Positions 11,287 through 20,925 of a stretch of 64,000 nt of DNA are shown in pieces. The notes below the pieces were generated by a model. The model had not been told where the DNA came from, made no database searches, and was given only the letters and a program-made list of their open reading frames with translations. The DNA lies in NCBI GenBank assembly GCA_050301935.1, contig JBNLAC010000002.1:1919-65918 (forward strand). The letters are read 5' to 3'. Made by a program: the position numbers and the translations under genes. Position 1 is the stretch's first letter, and the number at the start of each line of letters is the position of its first letter. This DNA is from Methylophilaceae bacterium. Lineage in GTDB: Bacteria; Pseudomonadota; Gammaproteobacteria; Burkholderiales; Methylophilaceae.

Positions 11287-11934
11287 TTATAACCCAACAA
11301 AGCTATCTTGCATAAAGCTAACCTTACCATTGGCTATATCATACACGGCACCCACAATACCCACGCTCTTATCTCGTGTCATATCTTCGAGAATATCACT
11401 ACAGCGCAATATACTTTCAATTTGATATTTGACATTTAACTCACAAATTTTCTGTACAAATTCTGGGTTACCTGAACAACGCTCAGCACTATCCACTACC
11501 GTTTTTTCATGGCGAATTGATGGTTTAATCATATTAATAATTTCACCAATATGTCCATCTTTAAAATCATCGCAAGCAGCCTTTACAGCACCACAACTGG
11601 TATGCCCCATCACAACAATCAACTTAGCACCTAAATATTTACTACCGAACTCTAAGCTGCCAATTGCTTTATCAGAGGCAATATTACCAGCAAGACGCAC
11701 ACTAAAAACATCACCAAGTGCTTGATCAAATAACAATTCTACAGGAGCACGAGAATCACTGCAGCTAAGCACTGAAGCGAATGGGTGTTGCTTCTCTTTT
11801 GTTAAATGAATCAATGACTTAAAGTCTTTTTCAGATTCAACCTCATTAATAAAGCGCTCATTCCCCTCTATCAAAATATCAAGTGCTTCTTGTGGGGACA
11901 TTTTGTCGCGATCTAATAATGGATGTTTATACAT
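11287..11934 (-). CDS. can: beta-class carbonic anhydrase
   Basis: Zn-ligand motifs CSDSR and HTSCGA, plus VRLAGN. Confidence 0.9.
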   Translation of the reverse strand: MYKHPLLDRDKMSPQEALDILIEGNERFINEVESEKDFKSLIHLTKEKQHPFASVLSCSDSRAPVELLFDQALGDVFSVRLAGNIASDKAIGSLEFGSKYLGAKLIVVMGHTSCGAVKAACDDFKDGHIGEIINMIKPSIRHEKTVVDSAERCSGNPEFVQKICELNVKYQIESILRCSDILEDMTRDKSVGIVGAVYDIANGKVSFMQDSFVGL

Positions 11935-11971
11935 ATGATGAATTCCTTTTTTTAAAAAATTTTATTGGTCT

Positions 11972-13519
11972 TTAGATGCTAGACTGGTAATCAAGCAGTT
12001 CAACTTCTATATTTTTAAGCTGCGCATGTTTTTGATAATTATCAATCACCTCTTGAATATCATGCTCAATCACTTTATTTTGAGTGCAGTCGATTATCAC
12101 TTTGCTGTTAGCAGGAATTTTTTCTAATGATTGAATAATTTCTGCTTTATTAAAAAATGACACTTGTTCCGCCAAAACTACATGATGCACTTCCCTACCG
12201 TCTTCAGCCGTAATGATATCTTTAATGTAATGTGAATATTGGTAGCGGTGATATAAAGTAAAGAAAATACCGACCAATAAGCCTGCCGAAATACCTTTAA
12301 GCAAATCTGTCAGAATGATTGCAATAATCGTGACTATAAATGGAATAAATTGATCTCTACCCTGTTTATACATTTCCATAAAAAGTGCTGGTTTCGCGAG
12401 CTTGTAGCCGACAATTAATAAAATAGTCGCCAGACTTGCTAATGGAATCATATTCAAATACTCAGCAATCGTAATTGCGCTGATTAATAAAAAGAGCCCA
12501 TGCAAAATAGCAGATAGTTTTGTTTTAGCCCCAAACGCAATATTGGCAGAGCTACGCACAATCACTTGTGTCACAGGTAGACCACCTATTAATCCAGACA
12601 CCATGTTACCCAAACCTTGAGCTTTAAGCTCTCTATTGGTTGGAGTTACTCGCTTGTAGGGATCTAGTTTATCGGTTGCTTCTACACACAAAAGTGTTTC
12701 AAGACTAGCCACTATCGCCATAACAAATGCGACCTTGATAACTTCTAAATTTGTAATTTGTGAAAAATCAGGGAATGTAAAAAACGTGACGAAGTCTGCA
12801 AGCCCATTAGCAACTGGCAGATTAACAACTTGATTACTATCTAATGAGAAGTTGAAAATACCATTTTTGTACAAATTAAACATTAAAATGCCAAATAAAA
12901 CGACAGCAACTGGCCCTTGAATAATTTGGAATACCTTGTGTTTTTTTGTTAACACTGTATCCCAGAGAATTAGCATAGCTAGTGAAATAACAGAGATAAC
13001 CACAGCGCCTGGGGTTAAAAAATCAAAAGCGCTCATAATCTCAGTAAACGTATTATTTCCATCTGGGAGCAAAAAAGTGTCATTGCCTTCAAACTCAAAA
13101 TCGTAGCCAAGTGCATGCGGGATTTGCTTTAAGATGATAAGCAGGCCTATGCCAGACAGCATACCCTTAATGACAGATGAAGGGAAAAAGTACGCAATTA
13201 CACCTGCTCTTAAAAAACCTAGTAGCAATTGCAAAACACCAGCTAGCACTACGGCAAGTAAAAAGGTTTCATATGAACCCAATGAACCAATCGCAGTTAA
13301 AACGATAACGGCTAAACCTGCCGCTGGCCCACTCACACCAAGGGGTGAGCCACTTGCTATACCAACGATGATACCCCCTACAATACCAGCAATCACACCA
13401 GAGAACAGTGGTGCTCCAGAAGCGAGCGCAATACCAAGACATAAAGGTAGTGCGACAAAAAATACGACGATACTGGCAGGCAGATCTGTTTTAATATCAT
13501 CGAAAATGTTTAACTTCAT
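11972..13519 (-). CDS. SulP family inorganic anion (bicarbonate/sulfate-type) transporter with C-terminal STAS domain
   Basis: Polytopic membrane protein with LPLCLGIALASGAP and a SulP-type core, plus a soluble STAS-like C-terminus. The ATG at 13519 is preceded by AAGGAAG. The ORF track start at 13546 adds 9 residues. Confidence 0.88.
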   Translation of the reverse strand: MKLNIFDDIKTDLPASIVVFFVALPLCLGIALASGAPLFSGVIAGIVGGIIVGIASGSPLGVSGPAAGLAVIVLTAIGSLGSYETFLLAVVLAGVLQLLLGFLRAGVIAYFFPSSVIKGMLSGIGLLIILKQIPHALGYDFEFEGNDTFLLPDGNNTFTEIMSAFDFLTPGAVVISVISLAMLILWDTVLTKKHKVFQIIQGPVAVVLFGILMFNLYKNGIFNFSLDSNQVVNLPVANGLADFVTFFTFPDFSQITNLEVIKVAFVMAIVASLETLLCVEATDKLDPYKRVTPTNRELKAQGLGNMVSGLIGGLPVTQVIVRSSANIAFGAKTKLSAILHGLFLLISAITIAEYLNMIPLASLATILLIVGYKLAKPALFMEMYKQGRDQFIPFIVTIIAIILTDLLKGISAGLLVGIFFTLYHRYQYSHYIKDIITAEDGREVHHVVLAEQVSFFNKAEIIQSLEKIPANSKVIIDCTQNKVIEHDIQEVIDNYQKHAQLKNIEVELLDYQSSI

Positions 13520-13663
13520 TACTTTCTTCCTTTGTGATTGATACAACTGATTGAATGCTAGCTGCTAATGAACCAATTTAGCTGATAGTATAGCTAAGAT
13601 ACTATATATTGATTAAGCAAATCTTAACAAAACCTTCTATAAAAATGAACGAATAAAGCAAAT

Positions 13664-13687
13664 AAAAACGGGCATAAGCCCGTTTTT
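13664..13687 (-). terminator. rho-independent terminator after the 13701-14108 gene
   Basis: Stem AAAAACGGGC / GCCCGTTTTT with an ATAA loop and A/T runs on both sides. Confidence 0.75.
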
Positions 13688-13700
13688 AAGCCAAATACGA

Positions 13701-14108
13701 TCAATCAAACTGATAATTAATATGCGGCCTTTTACTTCTGAATTGTCTGTTGAGTCTTTTGCCTGCTTCTAACTCTTGTTCATCAATAAAAGTCGCTCCA
13801 ATCCACTGATCATCAGCTAGATAGTTATCTTGATTTTTTACCGCAGGGTTTAGCGCTGCTCTTCTGCTAGTAAATTTAAGTCGCGTTGCATTATTGACTT
13901 CGCCTTCAGCTACAACACTGCCTACATCATCATTCGGTATGCTATCTGTTATCACTCCATCATTCTTAGCAAGGTGATTAACTGACGTGTCCATCTCTGT
14001 ATCAGCTATAGATTCATTAGGAAACCAAAAATTATTATCTTGTTCATTAGCATAGGCATACATAGTAAACACGCCACATACCGATGCCAGTAGAAATTTT
14101 CTTATCAT
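13701..14108 (-). CDS. hypothetical secreted protein
   Basis: The ATG at 14108 is preceded by AAGGAG. Signal peptide MIRKFLLASVCGVFTMYAYA|NE. The mature part is acidic and N/D-rich, and I recognise no family. Confidence 0.55.
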   Translation of the reverse strand: MIRKFLLASVCGVFTMYAYANEQDNNFWFPNESIADTEMDTSVNHLAKNDGVITDSIPNDDVGSVVAEGEVNNATRLKFTSRRAALNPAVKNQDNYLADDQWIGATFIDEQELEAGKRLNRQFRSKRPHINYQFD

Positions 14109-14258
14109 TTCATCTCTCCTTTGCACTATCCAGTTCATTACAAACTAGCCATTTTTCATTGCTTTTTGATACAGAGTATTATCTCTTGATGGTGTCAAAA
14201 AAAATCTACCATAGTACCTATATCGGTATATACTAATCAGCATATATGGATCATAAAA

Positions 14259-15008
14259 ATGACTGAAACTGATAAACCAATTTTAAGCGCAAGAGAATTA
14301 CGCCAATCCATCAAGAAAGACCATCAAGAAAATGCCAAACTTAGGCTATTCTTTCTGATTGGAAAAATGTTGTATGACAAAGGTTGGTCATCAATTGTTG
14401 CACAAAAAATACTTACCTCATTTTGTGAGCAATTAGGAGCTACACATGGTTTAATCGCCATACAGGACAATAGCGCGTTAGTAGTTGAAGCAAACTTAGG
14501 TCAAACCTATCCTGTCGGTGCTAGAGTGCCTATTATGGGTTCACTTGCAAAACTTTTAAAAGCGCCCTGTGATTTTCAACTAAATCATGATTTAGTCCCC
14601 CTCTGGTCTTACCCAAAAACGGAGCCGTTAAAATCAACTATTGTTCCAATAGCCTATGCACAACAACCACTTGGGATACTGGCTTTTTCAGGTAATTTAA
14701 GTACCCTATCGGTGGATGACACACAAACCGTGCAGAGTTTAGTTGGTATGCTTGGCATGGCCATTATGCGTTCAAGCAAACTAAATACTAACCCAGAAGA
14801 TTTACAATTATTAGAACGTTTAACTCCCAGAGAACGTGAAGTTTTTGCGTTATTACCTTATGGTCACAGCAATGCTGAATTAGGTAAGTTGCTAGAAATA
14901 GCACCTGGTACCGTAAAAATTCATGTAGAACGTGTTCTTTATAAACTGGGCCTCAAAGATAGAACACAAGCTGCTGTGAAAGCGGTTGAACTTGGGTTTA
15001 AGTCTTAG
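14259..15008 (+). CDS. GAF-like sensor domain fused to LuxR-type HTH transcriptional regulator (no receiver domain)
   Basis: C-terminal LTPREREVFALL..G.SN.E.G..L.I...TVK.H...V..KLG is a LuxR/FixJ-type HTH. The roughly 170-aa N-terminal region is GAF-like. Confidence 0.8.
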   Translation: MTETDKPILSARELRQSIKKDHQENAKLRLFFLIGKMLYDKGWSSIVAQKILTSFCEQLGATHGLIAIQDNSALVVEANLGQTYPVGARVPIMGSLAKLLKAPCDFQLNHDLVPLWSYPKTEPLKSTIVPIAYAQQPLGILAFSGNLSTLSVDDTQTVQSLVGMLGMAIMRSSKLNTNPEDLQLLERLTPREREVFALLPYGHSNAELGKLLEIAPGTVKIHVERVLYKLGLKDRTQAAVKAVELGFKS

Positions 15009-15041
15009 CATCATAGCTATGTGCTTATTAATGAGAGAAGT

Positions 15042-17000
15042 ATGACAAAACCCGTTGACATAAATCGATGGATTTCGCAGTTTTGGCAAAATTTACCACT
15101 GGCTTCAAAAGGTATTTTTGTCATTATGCTGCCTCTTGCGGTACTACTGGCCTCACTTGCATCTCTTTATAATCTAGAAAAACAACTTTCTAGTTTGGAA
15201 AATCAGTTAAAACTCGCATTACAGAATCAGCGCGATATTGAAACCGTGCATACCAACCTCTTACTTGCTTCTACTGGTGTTAGAGACTTTTTACTGACTG
15301 GGGATAAACTTTTCTTAGACACCTTCCACTCAGCTAAAAATCAACTACCAAAATTACTGATTAAATTAGACCAACAATTAGAAAGTGATGATCAGAAAAG
15401 TCGTATTAATAGCATCAGTCACCTAGTACAAGATAATCTAAAGCGACTCGAAATTCTATCCAAAAATGAATCAGATGTTGCCTCTGAAGAACTCATTCAA
15501 CAGTTCAAATTACAAGTTAATAATATGGAATTGCTACGGTCGGAAATCGAGCTATTAAAAAAAGAGGAAGCACTGCTGGTTTCAGAAGACCAAAATAAAA
15601 TAAAACTGCAACGTCAGAGAAATATTCGAATCACTTTGCTAGCTGCTATTAGTGGCATAGTGGGCTCTATTGTTGCCGTGTGGATATTTTCAGGCACGAT
15701 TGTTAAGAGGGTGAGACTACTGAGAGACAGTGCCGCTCACTTGGCAAAAGCTGAGGGACTTGAACTACCCTCAAGAAGTAAAGATGAGTTGGGACAACTA
15801 TCTGATGAATTAGACCATGCTTCAAAACTGCTGGCAAAAACTATCTATGAAACAACGCAAGCAAGAAAAGACGCTGAGCAGGCCAACAAAGAAAAAAGCA
15901 TGTTTCTGTCTCGCACCAGCCATGAACTGCGAACCCCGCTCAATGCAATTTTAGGTTTTGCACAACTTTTACTGGCTGAGCTAGAAAATGGAAAGCATAA
16001 AGATAACGTCAACATGATAAAAAGCGCTGGCGATCATCTTCTGAAACTGATTGATGAAGTATTGGATATTGCCAGAATAGAATCTGGAGAACTCAAGCTA
16101 AAGCTTGAACCAACACCAATTAATGATTTACTTGCAGAGGCAATTCAGTACATTGCACCTTTGGGGAAGATACGTGACATCCAAATTCAGCAGGATATAC
16201 AAGCTGATTTAGTCGCTTTAGCCGAACGACAAAAATTATTACAGGTTATTCTCAACCTTTTATCAAATGCGCTTAAATATGGCCCATATAATTCGACAGT
16301 ATTGGTAACCGCATACAAAAAAGGCAGCAATATTATTGTTGAAGTTTTTGATGAAGGGACTGGTATCCCTGAGTCACTTAAAGAAAGGCTTTTCACAGCG
16401 TTTGATCGCTTAGGTGCTGAACAAACAAAAACAGAGGGCACAGGATTAGGCTTGGCATTAAGCAAACAAATCATGCTTGCTATGCATGGCAGCATTCATG
16501 TAGCAAAAAACAAGAGCCTATTCTGGATTGAATTAAATGCATCCGATGATGTGCCTAAAGCTGCGCAAACATCACAACCTTCAGCAAGTACCAGAGAAAC
16601 AACAGAGACAACATATAAAAAACAGATTGTTTATGTAGAGGATAATGTGAGTAATCGTGCCCTAGTTGAAGCGGTTATCAAACGTTTACCAAACATCCAA
16701 CTACATTGCACTAGTAGTGTCAAAGAAACGAAAAACTTACTCAATGAAATTGACGTTGATTTAATTATTATCGATTTAAATCTGCCTGATGAATCTGGCG
16801 AAGCATTGGTGCATTATATGAAATCGCATATCCATTTAAATAGTATTCCGATTATTATTCTTAGTGCGGATGCAATGCCTGAAACTATTCAGCGGCTAGA
16901 AAAAACAGGCATAGATGACTATATGACCAAACCTTTGGATATTGCGAATTTCACCAAAACAGTGCTCAACCTTATACAAGATAAAAGAGAACATGCATGA
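15042..17000 (+). CDS. hybrid sensor histidine kinase (CHASE3 - TM - HisKA - HATPase_c - REC)
   Basis: Has the CHASE3 signature VRDFLLTGDKLFLDTF, H-box SHELRTPLNAILGF, G-boxes DEGTGIP and GTGLGLALS, and a C-terminal receiver (DLIIIDLNLPDESG ... TKP). ATG 15042 is preferred over GTG 15021. Confidence 0.9.
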   Translation: MTKPVDINRWISQFWQNLPLASKGIFVIMLPLAVLLASLASLYNLEKQLSSLENQLKLALQNQRDIETVHTNLLLASTGVRDFLLTGDKLFLDTFHSAKNQLPKLLIKLDQQLESDDQKSRINSISHLVQDNLKRLEILSKNESDVASEELIQQFKLQVNNMELLRSEIELLKKEEALLVSEDQNKIKLQRQRNIRITLLAAISGIVGSIVAVWIFSGTIVKRVRLLRDSAAHLAKAEGLELPSRSKDELGQLSDELDHASKLLAKTIYETTQARKDAEQANKEKSMFLSRTSHELRTPLNAILGFAQLLLAELENGKHKDNVNMIKSAGDHLLKLIDEVLDIARIESGELKLKLEPTPINDLLAEAIQYIAPLGKIRDIQIQQDIQADLVALAERQKLLQVILNLLSNALKYGPYNSTVLVTAYKKGSNIIVEVFDEGTGIPESLKERLFTAFDRLGAEQTKTEGTGLGLALSKQIMLAMHGSIHVAKNKSLFWIELNASDDVPKAAQTSQPSASTRETTETTYKKQIVYVEDNVSNRALVEAVIKRLPNIQLHCTSSVKETKNLLNEIDVDLIIIDLNLPDESGEALVHYMKSHIHLNSIPIIILSADAMPETIQRLEKTGIDDYMTKPLDIANFTKTVLNLIQDKREHA

Positions 17001-17461
17001 CCGAAAATGAAGTTTTAAATGCCAAAATACTGATTGTTGATGATGCTGATGCTAATCTCAGATTACTTGAATCACTACTTGCAAAAGAAGGTTTTACACA
17101 AGTTATCAGCACCACAGATTCTACGAAGACGATTGATTTGTTTACTGCGTTTCAGCCAGATTTAATTTTACTTGACCTGATGATGCCCGAACTTGATGGA
17201 TATGCCGTGCTGGACTTACTTGCTAAACATATTCCGGAAGACACTTACTTACCTATTTTGGTATTGACAGCTGATGCAACTATTCAGGCACGTAGAAAGG
17301 CATTGGCTTTGGGCGCAAAAGATTTTTTGACTAAGCCTTTTGACAATATAGAAGCAATGTTGCGTATTTGGAACCTCATCGAAACCAGGCTACTCTATTG
17401 CAAGCTGAAAGCCTATCAACCAGATATAAGCCCATTTAAGCACCATGATATTGAAGTCTAA
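16997..17461 (+). CDS. single-domain (CheY-like) response regulator
   Basis: Receiver motifs ILIVDD, DLILLDLMMPELDG and LTKPF, with no output domain. The start overlaps the kinase stop (ATGA). Confidence 0.9.
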   Translation: MTENEVLNAKILIVDDADANLRLLESLLAKEGFTQVISTTDSTKTIDLFTAFQPDLILLDLMMPELDGYAVLDLLAKHIPEDTYLPILVLTADATIQARRKALALGAKDFLTKPFDNIEAMLRIWNLIETRLLYCKLKAYQPDISPFKHHDIEV

Positions 17462-17473
17462 AGTGCAAGCAAT

Positions 17474-17506
17474 AAAAAAACCCGCAGCAGTTGCTACGGG
17501 TTTTTT
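17474..17506. terminator. bidirectional rho-independent terminator
   Basis: A7-CCCG...CGGG-T6 hairpin lying between convergent genes. Confidence 0.7.
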
Positions 17507-17522
17507 GATGTACTAACTTACA

Positions 17523-18905
17523 TTAAAATGCCCATTGTGCACGTAATGTAAAGGTGTCAATATCATCTGCATCATCACCATTTACGTATGTAACGGGACC
17601 ATCTTCAATATCATAGATTCTTGAGTAATCGGCCATGATACGGAAGTTATAGTTTAAGTACCAGTTTAATGCTAGCGTGTAACGATCACCATCACCACCA
17701 AGTATTCCGTTATCATTCAAGTCTAGGCTATCTAAACGCGCTGCAACCTCCCAAGCACCCCATGTACCGTTTTTTAGACTAAAGTCATTTTTCGGTTTCA
17801 AACGCTTAAATTCACCATCTTGTGGTTTATATTCACGGTGCTCACCAGTTAATGTGTAGCCAACGTTGGCATACCATGCACTAAAGTCATAATCGCTATT
17901 GCCTTCAGCTTTTGCATCAGCATACTCTGCTTGGAATGAGAGTGGTCCATACATTGCTGCAAATTCAAGCACTCCAACTTTAACTTTTTCTAAGCCAGCA
18001 ATATCAGGTGTATCCAGAAGCTTCAGATTTGATCCATTAGTTGTTTCATAGGAGAAATCACCTTTGCCACCGCCAGAAATTTTATTTGTTTGATTCGATA
18101 ATGAACGCTCACCATAGTTAGCACCTAAGTGCACCATATGACCTGCATCTTTATCCCATACTGGATTCCAGGTACCACGAATTGCCCAGCCATGTCCTTC
18201 ATCAACATCTCCACTGCCTTCTGGAGAAAATTGATCGCCATACACACCGCCCTGTACGTTCCAAGTATCACCCTCTACTTTTGCATTTAGACCAATAGCT
18301 CGATCAAAGTAAGGTGTGGTTAGTGCATAAGTCAAACCGCGCTCTGTAAACATAATATCGTTTGAGCTTTCTTGCACCTCCATACTCATGGCATGCTTTT
18401 GATGTCCGAAAGTAAATGTCCAGTCTTCAATACCGACATATTCACCGAATACATCTTTCATACTGACTTTATTACCGGCTAAGTCTGCTTCAATAATGTA
18501 TTTCCAGTCATTAGCCACTTTACCTTTCACGTACATCCGCGCACGGCGAATATCGGTACCGTCGGTAGCGCCTTTTGTTAAGTCTTGATCATTACTATGA
18601 CTCATAGCCTCAACATGTAAACGACCACCGATTGCCACTTCTGAACTACCGTCACCGCTTTTAACGACTAAACCTTTTTTACCAGCCTCAACTTTAGCAA
18701 AGCTTTTTTCTTTTTTTGCTGCGGCTTTTTCGTCATTGGCACGGCTTTTTAATAATGGCAATGCTTCTTCTTCTGTTAGCACACCTTTTTCAACCAGTGC
18801 TTGAATCAAATCAAAAGTAGAATCAGCCATAGCATTTGAGCCAAAGCCAAATAATGCAGTACCTGTCAATGCTGTCATTAATGCACGACGTAATTGAATG
18901 TTCAC
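17523..18905 (-). CDS. phosphate-selective porin O/P family outer-membrane protein
   Basis: Has a signal peptide, beta-barrel-type alternating sequence, and a terminal aromatic residue (RAQWAF). The overall pattern is that of OprO/OprP-like porins. GTG start with a GGGGA Shine-Dalgarno. A Pho box lies upstream. Confidence 0.65.
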   Translation of the reverse strand: MNIQLRRALMTALTGTALFGFGSNAMADSTFDLIQALVEKGVLTEEEALPLLKSRANDEKAAAKKEKSFAKVEAGKKGLVVKSGDGSSEVAIGGRLHVEAMSHSNDQDLTKGATDGTDIRRARMYVKGKVANDWKYIIEADLAGNKVSMKDVFGEYVGIEDWTFTFGHQKHAMSMEVQESSNDIMFTERGLTYALTTPYFDRAIGLNAKVEGDTWNVQGGVYGDQFSPEGSGDVDEGHGWAIRGTWNPVWDKDAGHMVHLGANYGERSLSNQTNKISGGGKGDFSYETTNGSNLKLLDTPDIAGLEKVKVGVLEFAAMYGPLSFQAEYADAKAEGNSDYDFSAWYANVGYTLTGEHREYKPQDGEFKRLKPKNDFSLKNGTWGAWEVAARLDSLDLNDNGILGGDGDRYTLALNWYLNYNFRIMADYSRIYDIEDGPVTYVNGDDADDIDTFTLRAQWAF

Positions 18906-18974
18906 AATAAAATCCCCTATTTGTTAAATAATTAATACAATGTTTTTCAACGAGGAGAATTTTGAGACTCTAAT

Positions 18975-18992
18975 ATGACAATTTGATGACAA
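18975..18992 (-). promoter_or_regulatory. Pho box (PhoB-binding site) upstream of the porin gene
   Basis: The minus strand reads TTGTCAT-CAAA-TTGTCAT, two 7-bp direct repeats at 11-bp spacing. The consensus is CTGTCAT-A(A/T)A(T/A)-CTGTCA(C/T). The site lies 70-87 nt upstream of the start. Confidence 0.6.
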
Positions 18993-19030
18993 ATAGACAA
19001 TTGAATATTGCTTGTGTATAAATTACAACA

Positions 19031-19065
19031 ATGAAAAATGCCAGTTAATATTGTTAACTGGCATT
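19031..19065 (-). terminator. rho-independent terminator after lysS
   Basis: 12-bp perfect stem AATGCCAGTTAA/TTAACTGGCATT, followed by a T-run on the minus strand. Confidence 0.75.
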
Positions 19066-19097
19066 CAAATAGAAATATGATTACTTAGCTTAAAAAA

Positions 19098-20651
19098 CTA
19101 GGATTCAGCTCTCATATGTGGGAATAGAATAACATCGCGGATACTAGGACTATCTGTGATTAACATCACTAAACGATCCAGCCCAATACCGCAACCGCCT
19201 GTTGGTGGCATCCCATACTCAAGCGCACGAATAAAGTCAGCATCGTAATACATCGCTTCATCATCCCCAGCTTCCTTTGCTTTCATTTGTGCATGAAAGC
19301 GACTTGCCTGATCCTCAGCATCATTGAGCTCACTAAAGCCATTCGCCATTTCACGACCAGTTATAAATAATTCAAAGCGTTCGGTAATCTCTGGATTCTT
19401 ATCTGAAGCGCGCGCTAACGGAGACACCTCTACAGGGTAATCAATAATGTAGGTCGGTTGCCACAACTGGCTTTCAGCAGTTTCTTCAAATAGCGACAGT
19501 TGTAGTGAGCCTAGGCCCGCATGATCAAAGGGTTTAGCGCCTAACTTTAATAATTCTGCACGCAAAAAGGCTTCATCACTTAGTTGCTCTAGTGTATATT
19601 GGGGTGCATATTTTTGAATGGCTTCAATTATCGTTAATCGCTCAAACGGTTTAGCCAAGTCTACTTCTTTGCCATCATAGCTAATGACAGCAGTGCCACG
19701 TGCAGCAACTACAGCGGCGCGGATACATTGTTCTGTATAGTCCATCAACCACTCATAATTGGTGTAAGCAGCATAAAACTCCATCATGGTAAATTCGGGG
19801 TTGTGGCGTACACTTAAACCTTCATTGCGGAAGCTGCGGTTAATTTCAAACACGCGCTCAAATCCACCAACAATTAAGCGTTTTAAATACAACTCTGGCG
19901 CGATACGCAAAAACATTTGCATATCTAAAGCATTATGATGTGTAACAAACGGTTTTGCTGATGCCCCACCCGGAATTGGATGTAACATTGGTGTTTCAAC
20001 CTCCAGAAACTCATGATCAGTCATAAACTGTCTGACTGCAGACATCACTTTGGAACGTATTTTGAACGTTTCGCGCGTGTCTTCTGATGTAATGAGATCA
20101 ACATAGCGCTGACGGTACTTAATCTCTTGGTCTTGCAAGCCATGAAACTTTTCTGGCAATGGTCGCAGTGACTTCGTTAACAGACGTAACTCCTGAACTT
20201 TGATTGAAAGCTCTCCCGTTTTTGTTTTAAACAAAACACCTTTTGCGCCGACGATATCACCTAAATCCCAATGCTTAAAAGCTTCATAGAGTGCTTCACT
20301 ATTTTCATCAATTAAGTTTTCCTTGTTGATGAATAATTGAATTTTCCCTGTAGCATCTTGTATGGTTGCAAAACTAGCCTTACCCATAACACGCTTCAGC
20401 ATCATCCTTCCAGCAACGCTAGCTGGTTTTTCCTGAGGATCTAATGTTTCTTTATCAAAACCATCAAACGCGGCATGCAAATCAGCCGCTTTATTTTCTG
20501 GTGTAAAGTCATTAGGGAAAACAGCTGACTCGTTAGCCTGTGCTTGTTGGCGTAAGTTTTTTAATTTTTCGCGCCGCTCCGCAATCACGTGGTTTTCATT
20601 GATTTGGGGTTCAACTGCCTCTGGCGCGTCTGGATTTGCCTGTTGTGTCAT
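19098..20651 (-). CDS. lysS: lysine--tRNA ligase (class II)
   Basis: Has an OB-fold N-terminal region and class II motifs ([24 protein letters not shown]). Confidence 0.97.
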   Translation of the reverse strand: MTQQANPDAPEAVEPQINENHVIAERREKLKNLRQQAQANESAVFPNDFTPENKAADLHAAFDGFDKETLDPQEKPASVAGRMMLKRVMGKASFATIQDATGKIQLFINKENLIDENSEALYEAFKHWDLGDIVGAKGVLFKTKTGELSIKVQELRLLTKSLRPLPEKFHGLQDQEIKYRQRYVDLITSEDTRETFKIRSKVMSAVRQFMTDHEFLEVETPMLHPIPGGASAKPFVTHHNALDMQMFLRIAPELYLKRLIVGGFERVFEINRSFRNEGLSVRHNPEFTMMEFYAAYTNYEWLMDYTEQCIRAAVVAARGTAVISYDGKEVDLAKPFERLTIIEAIQKYAPQYTLEQLSDEAFLRAELLKLGAKPFDHAGLGSLQLSLFEETAESQLWQPTYIIDYPVEVSPLARASDKNPEITERFELFITGREMANGFSELNDAEDQASRFHAQMKAKEAGDDEAMYYDADFIRALEYGMPPTGGCGIGLDRLVMLITDSPSIRDVILFPHMRAES

Positions 20652-20925
20652 GGAATACTCTAAAGATTAAATAGATAGAATGTTTGTTTAATTTCGAAAA
20701 AATGCATTTTAGCATCATAACGACTTGCTTGTAATAAAGCCCCAGCTTAAGCACTGGAAATTAGTTGTTTGAAGAAAAGCGCTATGATTGTGCATACTAA
20801 TGATTACATGCAAACTTTTTGTGCAAAAACACCTAATAATATACCTAACTTATTGTATATAAATAACTTTCAAAGTGGTGCATTTGTTGCTTGTTAATTA
20901 GCGTTAACGTAATAATGACCAAACT

